NCBI GenBank assembly: GCA_963845185.1
Contig: CAWJRG010000009.1
Location: 673,782-737,781, forward strand
Source: an uncultured bacterium
GTDB taxonomy: Bacteria > Oederibacteriota > PGYV01 > CAWJRG01
Direction of reading: 5' to 3'
Length of the DNA: 64,000 nucleotides
Shown here piece by piece: positions 1-6,827 of this stretch. The notes beneath the pieces were generated by a model. That model saw only the letters and a list, made by a program, of their open reading frames with translations. It did not search any database and was not told where the DNA came from. The translations under genes were made by a program, and so were the position numbers. The number at the start of each line of letters is the position of its first letter. The first letter of the stretch is position 1.

Positions 1-21
1 AGTGCTAAACCTAGGGACAAA

Positions 22-355
22 ACAGGTAATTTACGGCCAAGCCGTATTATCCACATTTTTGGGAGGGCGGTATGGGAGGCAATTTACCGGATTCCGGTAA
101 AATCAGGAATTGGCAGGGATTTAGGGGTCTACCAGGCAGGCAATTTATGGGAATCCCATATTATCCACAATCCTGAGATAAAATTTCCAGGTATGAAGGG
201 GTAGCGATATGTCGAAATTTCAACCATAATTCAAGAAAATACATGTAATTATTGGTTGAAATCGGCGTGGAAGGCAATTTACTAACAGTTAGTAAAAATG
301 CCGGATTGGCAGGACTTCGGGGAGGCAATTCTTGGCAATGCCAATTTATCCACAG
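22..355 (+). repeat. Three copies of a composite motif: GCAATTTA, then an 11-13 nt palindrome, then (A)TTATCCACA, which matches the DnaA-box consensus. Extra solo GCAATTTA copies are present.
   Basis: Copies at 22-52, 143-172 and 327-355. The spacers are palindromes that differ in sequence (acggccaagccgt, tgggaatccca, ttggcaatgccaa). The 9-mer TTATCCACA occurs three times, at 43, 162 and 347. Confidence 0.6.
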
Positions 356-556
356 GAGCCGTTCGAAAAATGTGTAAATTTATACGCTGCGTATAAAATT
401 TATGGCCTATGTGGCCTATAAAGGAGGCAGTTCAGTGCAATGCACGGAAATCAGGCACCGGGAGGGGCCTGTCAGGAGGAATGGGAAGGAAAAAACAAGT
501 CTCTGGTTTCTGGTTTCAAGTTTCTGGGTAATGAGGGTACGCCCAAAAAAAATTAT

Positions 557-629
557 TTGACAAGCAAACAAGATTATGTTAACATTGTAATTAGGATTAA
601 CGATTGTTAACTAAGAACGCAAAGTTAAC
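557..629 (+). promoter_or_regulatory. Sigma70-like promoter (TTGACA, 17 bp spacer, TAACAT) overlapping three GTTAAC operator-like hexamers, upstream of the HTH-Doc operon.
   Basis: TTGACA at 557-562, a 17-nt spacer, TAACAT at 580-585. GTTAAC occurs at 578, 606 and 624, and TTAAC-gattg-TTAAC forms an inverted repeat. Confidence 0.5.
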
Positions 630-642
630 AAAACTTATAAAT

Positions 643-856
643 TACCGCTTGCCAACGGCCTAACGGCCTTAGGCTTGAGCGGGTACATGGTCTCGTAATG
701 TTTTACCGGCACCTTCGGCTTGGCAAAACAAACGCATAATATCAAGCACCGCTTGCCGGGATAAAACCCCGGCTGGAGCGGGTACATGCTTTCGTAATAC
801 TTTTCCTGCGCCTGTTGACGGTTTGGAAAAGTAAACGAAAGCAAGGGAGGCAATTT
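643..856 (+). repeat. Two tandem copies (A1 643-748, A2 749-856) of the ~105-nt two-hairpin leader element. A2 ends in the SD and start codon of the HTH gene.
   Basis: Both copies carry the conserved blocks ACCGCTTG, (G)GCTTGAGCGGGTACATG, cgTAATgtttt...ggcaaaacAAACg. The stem arms are compensatory relative to other copies. Confidence 0.8.
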
Positions 857-1117
857 ATGAAAGACAAAAAAGATTTTTATTCTATCGCAGAGTTCGGAAA
901 AATACTGGGAATCAGCAGGATAGCTGTTTATAAAAAGATAAAAAAAGGCGATATCAAGGCAATCCAGATAGGCAAATCATACGCCATTCCTGCCGATATG
1001 CTTGAAAGTATTGAAGGAAACGAATTGAATGAGAGCGAAAAGGAACAGCTCGGGAAAGCCGTTAAAAAAGTTTTTGAAAATTACGGAGAAACAATCAAAA
1101 AGCTCGGGAAAGAATAA
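857..1117 (+). CDS. Helix-turn-helix excisionase-family DNA-binding protein. Putative antitoxin or regulator partnered with Doc.
   Basis: GGGAGG RBS 7 nt upstream of the ATG. The HTH reads SIAEFGKILGISRIAVYKKIKKGDI. Its stop abuts the doc start (TAA-ATG). Confidence 0.7.
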   Translation: MKDKKDFYSIAEFGKILGISRIAVYKKIKKGDIKAIQIGKSYAIPADMLESIEGNELNESEKEQLGKAVKKVFENYGETIKKLGKE

Positions 1118-1546
1118 ATGAAGGCAATAAAGAAAATTACAATAAGGGATATTGAATATATTTCACATAAAATGGCATCCGAAATGATGGACTATAACGA
1201 GCCTATACCTAATTTTTCCACGAGGTTCCCGAATATACTTGAAAGCTGTCTTGCCACGCCTTTCATGAGTTTTGGCACCAGGGACCTTTATAAAACCCTT
1301 GTTGATAAGGCAGCTGTTTTGTTTTACCTTATGATAAAAAACCATCCTTTCCAGAACGGCAACAAAAGGGTGGCAATAACAACCCTGATTGTTTTTCTCA
1401 CGAAGAATGAAAAATGGCTGGATGCCAAAAACGATGACCTGTATGAGTTTACCGTATGGATTGCGTCCAGCCCGGCAAGGTCCAAGGATGAGGCTATAAA
1501 AGCAATAGAGGAATTTATTTCATCGGGGATGGTTGATTATAAATAA
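1118..1546 (+). CDS. doc: Doc (death-on-curing) Fic-family toxin.
   Basis: Carries the Fic/Doc motif HPFQNGNKR. Length is 142 aa. It is translationally coupled to the upstream HTH gene. Confidence 0.8.
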   Translation: MKAIKKITIRDIEYISHKMASEMMDYNEPIPNFSTRFPNILESCLATPFMSFGTRDLYKTLVDKAAVLFYLMIKNHPFQNGNKRVAITTLIVFLTKNEKWLDAKNDDLYEFTVWIASSPARSKDEAIKAIEEFISSGMVDYK

Positions 1547-1579
1547 TTGCCGGGTTTCAATAAAAAATAATAATTAAAC

Positions 1580-1607
1580 GTAGAGACGTTTTGCAAAACG
1601 TCTCTAC
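1580..1607 (+). terminator. Perfect 13-bp hairpin (gtagagacgtttt / aaaacgtctctac) after doc.
   Basis: Inverted repeat with a 2-nt loop. There is no strong T-tract, so this may be a bidirectional stem-loop. Confidence 0.4.
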
Positions 1608-1621
1608 AGATAAAAACAATA

Positions 1622-1672
1622 TCATATCAATACCGCTTGTCCTCGGCAGATTCAGGACAATGCTCGGGGTAA
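1622..1672 (+). repeat. Partial copy of the leader element. Only hairpin 1 is present.
   Basis: Reads taccgcttgtcc...ggacaatgctcgggg. It lacks the hairpin-2 module. Confidence 0.4.
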
Positions 1673-1932
1673 AGCAGAATAGGGAGTGATATGGGGGAAG
1701 TGGCCCTTCGACAAGCTCAGGGGAAGAGGATTGGAGGGTTGGAAGGTCGGAAGCTCGGAAGGTCGGAGGAGCAGAGGCTCAGAAGTTCAGAAGTTCAATT
1801 TTCAATTTAAAACCTTTAATCCATATAAAAAATTACGGCTTAAAGTATTATTTGGTATTATTTAGTACTTGACTTACTTAATAAGCAATGATATACTTAA
1901 AAAAAGATGGGAATCGGGAATAGAGAATAGGC

Positions 1933-2160
1933 GGGTTTACAAAATAAACGTTATACAAACACCTCTTGTCCGCGGCAGTAGCCTCGGACTTGAGCGGGTG
2001 TAAGCAAGAGTAATATTTTGCTGCACCCTGCGGGTTTACAAAATAAACGTTATACAAACACCTCTTGTCCGCGGCAGTAGCCTCGGACTTGAGCGGGTGT
2101 AAGCAAGAGTAATATTTTGCTGCACCCTGCGGGTTTACAAAATAAACTCTTGCTTAGGAG
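1933..2160 (+). repeat. Two perfect tandem 99-bp repeats (1933-2031, 2032-2130) plus a partial third (2131-2160). Each is a leader-element variant ending at the SD of the RHH antitoxin gene.
   Basis: Unit is gggtttacaaaataaacgttatacaaacacctcttgtccgcggcagtagcctcggacttgagcgggtgtaagcaagagtaatattttgctgcaccctgc. The stem arms agcaagagtaatatttt / aaaataaactcttgct are compensatory relative to other copies. Confidence 0.85.
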
Positions 2161-2167
2161 GACTATC

Positions 2168-2422
2168 ATGGCAGGAAAAAATATTACTTTCACACTAAAA
2201 CTCGACAAGGATATAAGGAGCCTTTTGAAGGATTTTTGCGAATCAAGGGGGCTTCTTATGAACAGTTTTGTGGAGCGGGCCATAATCGATGAAATCGAAA
2301 AGGAAGAGTTAAAAGAAGACCTGGCCGCAATACAGCATTACGAGAAATTTGAGCGGGATTCCACGATACCGCTCGATAAGGTTGCTGAAGAGCTGAATTT
2401 TTATGCCAAAAAGAAGAAATAA
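2168..2422 (+). CDS. Ribbon-helix-helix antitoxin of the RelB/ParD type.
   Basis: 84 aa. N-terminus ITFTLKLDKDIRSLLKDFCE. The toxin gene follows 2 nt downstream. Confidence 0.65.
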   Translation: MAGKNITFTLKLDKDIRSLLKDFCESRGLLMNSFVERAIIDEIEKEELKEDLAAIQHYEKFERDSTIPLDKVAEELNFYAKKKK

Positions 2423-2424
2423 CC

Positions 2425-2697
2425 GTGTATAAGCTGGAACTATCAGCCACTGCTTACAGGATATTAAAGTCAAAAAAACTCATTCCGAAAGACAACGCTG
2501 CAATAAAAGACAGGATTTTAAGCCTGCAGAACGACCCGCGATCACCCGGCTGCGAGAAACTGAAGGGTTTTGACAAAAACTATTACAGGGTCAGGCAGGG
2601 CAATTACAGGATTGTTTATGAGATAAAAGACACAGAGAAAATAGTGGCAATAGTTTTCATAGGGCACAGGCGGGATGTGTACGGAAAAATCGGGTAA
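2425..2697 (+). CDS. RelE/ParE-family toxin.
   Basis: 90 aa with a GTG start. Reads YRIVYEIKDTEKIVAIVFIGHRRDVY. Confidence 0.7.
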   Translation: MYKLELSATAYRILKSKKLIPKDNAAIKDRILSLQNDPRSPGCEKLKGFDKNYYRVRQGNYRIVYEIKDTEKIVAIVFIGHRRDVYGKIG

Positions 2698-2797
2698 GTA
2701 AATAGTAAAGCTCAAAAGTTCAAGGTTCAAAGTTCAAGGCGGTAACAGTTGAACAGTAGAACAGGTGAGATAAGAAAGGTTCAATTCTCAATTGTCA

Positions 2798-2905
2798 ATA
2801 CCTCTTGTCTTTTGCAGGCTCAAGACTTGAGCGGGTACTTGATAGCGTAATGTTTTGCCTTTGCCTGTTGACGGCTCGGCAAAACAAACGCTATAAGTTT
2901 TCAAT
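2798..2905 (+). repeat. Leader-element copy D. It has both hairpins but no gene immediately downstream. A 3' fragment lies at 2976-3000.
   Basis: Reads atacctcttgtc...gacttgagcgggtacttgatagcgtaatgttttgcc...ggcaaaacaaacgctataag. The arms carry double compensatory changes relative to copy E. Confidence 0.75.
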
Positions 2906-3063
2906 GAATTTGATTCAGTAATTTGGGATTTTGGATTTGGGATTGAAAAATACATGAGACATGCGCAGGGGCCTGTCTCTGCGAAAGACAAACGATATAA
3001 GTTTTCAATTGACGTGAAACTTATTTTGATTGATAATCAATAATCAGGAACCGGAAATAAATT

Positions 3064-3173
3064 GATACCGCTTGTCGGGATAAAACCCTGACTTGAGCGG
3101 GTACATGATTTCGTAATACTTTGCCGGCGCCTATTGACGGCTTGGCAAAGTAAACTAAATCAAGGAGGCAGTC
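3064..3173 (+). repeat. Leader-element copy E, the canonical form. It ends AAGGAGGcagtcATG.
   Basis: Has all conserved blocks. The hairpin-2 loop reads GCCTATTGACGGCTTGG. Confidence 0.8.
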
Positions 3174-3929
3174 ATGAAAAAAGTCTTAATCCCAGCATTA
3201 ATTTTAATTGCAATTTTATTTGCAATCACATGTTCAAAAAAGAAATCCTCGCCCGCAGCGCCTGAGGCGACATCAACAACGGCGCCCGCAAACACTGCTG
3301 CTATGACAGCCACAACGCAGGCTACAGCTACGGCAACAACAGTTAAAACAGCGACAGCCACAGAAACCATAGTAGTGGCGCTGACAGCTACTGAAACTTC
3401 GGTAATATCACCGACAGCCAGCGTTACGATCACAATCACGCTGACAAGCACTGCCTCGCCTACAATAACCCTGACGCCGTGCCCGGGCCTGTCTTTTGGG
3501 AACATGGGGTCGTATGATCTTGATAACAACGCCCTGCAGCTTACATTTAACTCGGCATATACAATCTCAGCTCCGGTCAAGCTTATAGGGTTCAGCTACT
3601 ATGTGGGTGAAATACCGTCAAATGGCGTGGCGCTCATGTGCGACTCAAGCGGAAATGTAATTGCGGAGTCGCCGGTGACAGCAGCAACAAGCACCGGCTG
3701 GCTGAATGTAACCGTAATACCGGTCGAACTGGCTGCAGGCTCGTATTATCTCGGGGTAGACTCGGATACGCTTGGAGGCACAACCGGCTCAAACGGCGGG
3801 TCAACATGGGGGCCGACACCGCCGTCATCGCTCACCACCATACCAACGTCATTTATCTTTGATATCTATAACATGGGACAGGGCAGCGGCTGGACAATGA
3901 ATGTGGAAGCGATATGCACGTGCCCGTAA
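3174..3929 (+). CDS. Lipoprotein with a Thr/Ala-rich linker. Member of a shared-signal-peptide family.
   Basis: Signal peptide MKKVLIPALILIAILFAITCSKKKSS. 251 aa. Confidence 0.65.
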   Translation: MKKVLIPALILIAILFAITCSKKKSSPAAPEATSTTAPANTAAMTATTQATATATTVKTATATETIVVALTATETSVISPTASVTITITLTSTASPTITLTPCPGLSFGNMGSYDLDNNALQLTFNSAYTISAPVKLIGFSYYVGEIPSNGVALMCDSSGNVIAESPVTAATSTGWLNVTVIPVELAAGSYYLGVDSDTLGGTTGSNGGSTWGPTPPSSLTTIPTSFIFDIYNMGQGSGWTMNVEAICTCP

Positions 3930-3963
3930 TGCGGTAAATCACGAATCAGCGCAGATATAATAC

Positions 3964-3998
3964 AAACCCCGGGCCTATATCCCGGGGTTTGCTGTTTG
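3964..3998 (+). terminator. Rho-independent-like terminator.
   Basis: Hairpin aaaccccggg-cctatat-cccggggttt followed by gctgtttgtg. Confidence 0.55.
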
Positions 3999-4039
3999 TG
4001 CAGGAAACTGTACCTGAAGCCCGGCATAAATTTTCAATA

Positions 4040-4145
4040 CCTCTTGTCCGGGTAGTTTTTATATTAAATGAATTATGGATACTACCCGTCAAATAATCCA
4101 CAGGATTATTTGACTGAATGCTCAGGACTTGAGCGGGTACGTGTC
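4040..4145 (+). repeat. Leader-element copy F. Hairpin 1 carries a long nested palindromic insert and hairpin 2 is absent.
   Basis: Reads atacctcttgtcc-[gggtagttttt...actaccc]-[tcaaataatccacaggattatttga]-gacttgagcgggta. The insert is paralogous to the one at 17150-17240. Confidence 0.6.
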
Positions 4146-4216
4146 CGGCACTGCAACCTTTTCCATTTAACTGCATTATATTAAATACAACAGTAAATAA
4201 ATACAGGGAGGCAAAA

Positions 4217-5245
4217 ATGAAAAGATTTTTAAGCTTGGCAGCGGTTTTATTGTTCCTGTCTTCATCAGCTTTTGCGGCAGTCATAGAGGACTGGAGCTAT
4301 GTGATCCCGAACATGGATATTGGTACCTATGCGGATACCAAGGGCTCCAGGATTGACTTCACCATCGAAGCAGGACCCTGCGGGGCCAAGGCCGTCAAGC
4401 TGACGTCCAAAATAGTCCATGGCGGCTGGTGCGGGATATGGCGCAATCTTTACGCAGACCTTTCCGGGGACAAATCCCTCCAGTTCAAGGTCAAGTCCAA
4501 TACGGCCGGTGAAGTGGAGATTGGATTGACCGACGGTTATGACGTGCAATACACCACCCGCTTTACGGTTTTTGCCAAGGATTGGACGGAAGTCACAGTG
4601 CCCTTATCCTCCTTCAACAAAAATTCTTATTACACTGCGCCGGACGCGGTCATGGGGCATCCCATGGACCTCACCACGATCAAGGCCATGAGTTTCTCAT
4701 CCCAGATTGCGGGCGATTCAGCCGTGGAAATCGGGCCTGTCGAGGCAGTTGGGACAGCATCAGATAGCGCGGCTGCCGCAGTTCCTGCTACCGGCAGTAT
4801 TGTAAAGCAGAATAACGCGGATTTCAGCCAGGGAAAACAGGGGTGGTATCTCTGGACAAACCAGACCGGAAAAGGCGAATTTGAAGCGGTAGACGGCAGG
4901 GCACAGGTTAAAATTACTGATCCGGGAACATTGATATGGTCTTTAGGATTGGCGAATCCCTACATCAAGATCGAAAAGGACAGGATGTATAAAGTCGAAT
5001 TTGAAGCCAGGTCAAGCCCTCCTATAAACCTGAAAAGCCTGGTGCAGCTTAATAAGCAGCCGTACACCGAATATTCAGGGTTCCGGTACTTTAAACTGAC
5101 TGAAAACAACAAAAAATATTCTTATACTTTTATCATGAGGCATGATACGGACCCGGCAGCGGCTTTCGAGTTCGAATGCGGCGGGCAAATAAAAAGCATA
5201 ATAACTCTGGGCAATGTAAAGATATTTGATATGGGAAGCAAATAA
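4217..5245 (+). CDS. Secreted protein with a CBM-like N-terminal domain plus a second beta-rich domain. Glycoside-hydrolase-cluster paralog that lacks a catalytic domain.
   Basis: Signal MKRFLSLAAVLLFLSSSAFAAVIEDWS. Shares the N-terminal domain (GGWCGIWR) with the genes at 5262 and 6828. Confidence 0.55.
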   Translation: MKRFLSLAAVLLFLSSSAFAAVIEDWSYVIPNMDIGTYADTKGSRIDFTIEAGPCGAKAVKLTSKIVHGGWCGIWRNLYADLSGDKSLQFKVKSNTAGEVEIGLTDGYDVQYTTRFTVFAKDWTEVTVPLSSFNKNSYYTAPDAVMGHPMDLTTIKAMSFSSQIAGDSAVEIGPVEAVGTASDSAAAAVPATGSIVKQNNADFSQGKQGWYLWTNQTGKGEFEAVDGRAQVKITDPGTLIWSLGLANPYIKIEKDRMYKVEFEARSSPPINLKSLVQLNKQPYTEYSGFRYFKLTENNKKYSYTFIMRHDTDPAAAFEFECGGQIKSIITLGNVKIFDMGSK

Positions 5246-5261
5246 AAAAACGGAGGCAAAA

Positions 5262-6782
5262 ATGAAAAGATTTTTAAGTTTCGCGGTGGTTTTTTTATTC
5301 CTGTCCTCGGTTGCTTTTGCGGCAGTCATAGAGGACTGGAGCAATATCAAGCCTGGTGAAAATATCGGCACCTTCGCCGATCAAGGCGGAACGACTTTAA
5401 CTGCATCCATAAGCGCCAAAGCCGGGGAAAAACTGCTTAAAATGTCGGGAAATATTGTCCAGTGGGGTGGCGTGTGGGCGCTTACCAAAGCAGAAACAGA
5501 CCTTTCACAGTCAGCGGCAATAGAATTCCAGGCAAAATCAGATGCCCGCGCGCTTCTCCAGGTGGGTATCACAGACTCGCAGAGTATCCAGTATAATTCG
5601 CCTGTCTGGATAAATACATCCTGGAAAAAATATACAATACCGTTATCCTCGTTCAGCAAGACGCTGTACCCTGACCCAAAGGCACCAAAAGACACTCCTA
5701 TTAACCTGTCAAAGATAGTGGTCATGCAATTTCAGCCGCTAAACCCCGGTGCTTTTAAGATTTACATAGCTAAAATAACGCCGAAAGAGGGCGCTCCGTC
5801 AGCGCAGGCAAGCCCTGCGGAAAAAAATACCGGCGTCCAGGCCCTGCAACTCCTGAAAGTGCAGGGAAACAAAATTGTCGATTCCAGCGGAAACCCGGTA
5901 ATACTAAAAGGTGTCTGCATCGCCGACCCGGCAATGGTCAAACAATACGGCTATTGGTCAGAGGATTATTTCAGGCAGGCAGCGGCATGGGGCGCGAAAC
6001 TCATCCGCGTACCGGTACATCCAAATACCTACAGGTCCCTTGGAAAAGAAACGGTTTTAGCCCTGTTAAACGACGCTGTTGGATGGTCGGAAAAGTACGG
6101 CATGTATGTAATTATTGACTGGCACCCTATAGGAAACCCTGTTTCCGGCATTTTTCTTGACCCGGAAAACAATTACATGACTACAATGGCTGAAACAAAA
6201 GATTTCTGGGCCGCAGTTGCTGAAAAATTCAAGGACAGACCTGCCGCTGCTTTTTATGAAATCTTTAACGAACCTTCAGCCATTGACTGGAAAGGCGGGA
6301 AATTAAGCTGGCAGCAGTGGCAGGCCTGGGCAGATGAGGTAATCGACACCATTTATAAAGTCAACCCCAATGCCATCCCAGTCGTAGGCGGCCTGGATTT
6401 TGCCTATAACTTTCAGGGTATTGATTCCGCGGCGTTCAGGAACAAGGGCATAGTATTCGCTGCCCATCCTTATCCCGGCCATGCAGGGCAGCCCTGGGAG
6501 GAAAACTGGGAAAAAGACTTTGGCTTTATGGCAAAATCTTATCCTGTCATAATGACGGAATTCGGTTTTGACCCTGACGATAAAATATTGCCTTCTGTTT
6601 ATAAGGCAGACGTGGATTACGGCAAGCGGATAATTGCTTTCGCAAAGGCAAAAAGCATGTCATGGACAGCCTTTGTATGGGCCGATCTGGCCAGCTGGCC
6701 AATGCCGCTTTACAAAGGATTGGATTATACCCCGACAATAAGCGGAAAATTTTTTAAGGAAGAACTCAGCCGCAAGGAGTAA
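5262..6782 (+). CDS. Secreted glycoside hydrolase family 5 (cellulase-like) with an N-terminal CBM-like domain.
   Basis: Signal peptide present. GH5 acid/base motif FYEIFNEP and nucleophile region MTEFGFD. Confidence 0.7.
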   Translation: MKRFLSFAVVFLFLSSVAFAAVIEDWSNIKPGENIGTFADQGGTTLTASISAKAGEKLLKMSGNIVQWGGVWALTKAETDLSQSAAIEFQAKSDARALLQVGITDSQSIQYNSPVWINTSWKKYTIPLSSFSKTLYPDPKAPKDTPINLSKIVVMQFQPLNPGAFKIYIAKITPKEGAPSAQASPAEKNTGVQALQLLKVQGNKIVDSSGNPVILKGVCIADPAMVKQYGYWSEDYFRQAAAWGAKLIRVPVHPNTYRSLGKETVLALLNDAVGWSEKYGMYVIIDWHPIGNPVSGIFLDPENNYMTTMAETKDFWAAVAEKFKDRPAAAFYEIFNEPSAIDWKGGKLSWQQWQAWADEVIDTIYKVNPNAIPVVGGLDFAYNFQGIDSAAFRNKGIVFAAHPYPGHAGQPWEENWEKDFGFMAKSYPVIMTEFGFDPDDKILPSVYKADVDYGKRIIAFAKAKSMSWTAFVWADLASWPMPLYKGLDYTPTISGKFFKEELSRKE

Positions 6783-6827
6783 ATGCAGTACATAGTAAGT
6801 TAACAAAATCATAAACGGAGGCAAAAA

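Noticed and set aside
22-355. Chromosomal replication origin (oriC) based on three DnaA-box 9-mers.
   Set aside because: No dnaA, dnaN or other origin-proximal genes are nearby and no AT-rich DNA-unwinding element was identified. The region sits in an accessory island, so a plasmid or prophage-type or regulatory DnaA-box cluster is more plausible.
1933-2160. Type III toxin-antitoxin (ToxIN-like) antitoxin RNA repeat array.
   Set aside because: The repeats are copies of the leader element, not 34-36-nt pseudoknot repeats. The downstream genes are an RHH antitoxin and a RelE toxin, not a ToxN or AbiQ endoribonuclease.
3155-3580. Minus-strand ORFs overlapping + strand genes (3155-3580, 8049-8573, 8742-9266, 30057-30608, 36451-37116, 59047-59700, 52538-53119 and similar).
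   Set aside because: Each is antisense to a + strand gene that carries a clear signal peptide, catalytic motifs or strong homology. Several reflect the repeated signal-peptide DNA read backwards (EHVIANKIAIKI in both 3155-3580 and 28067-28288).
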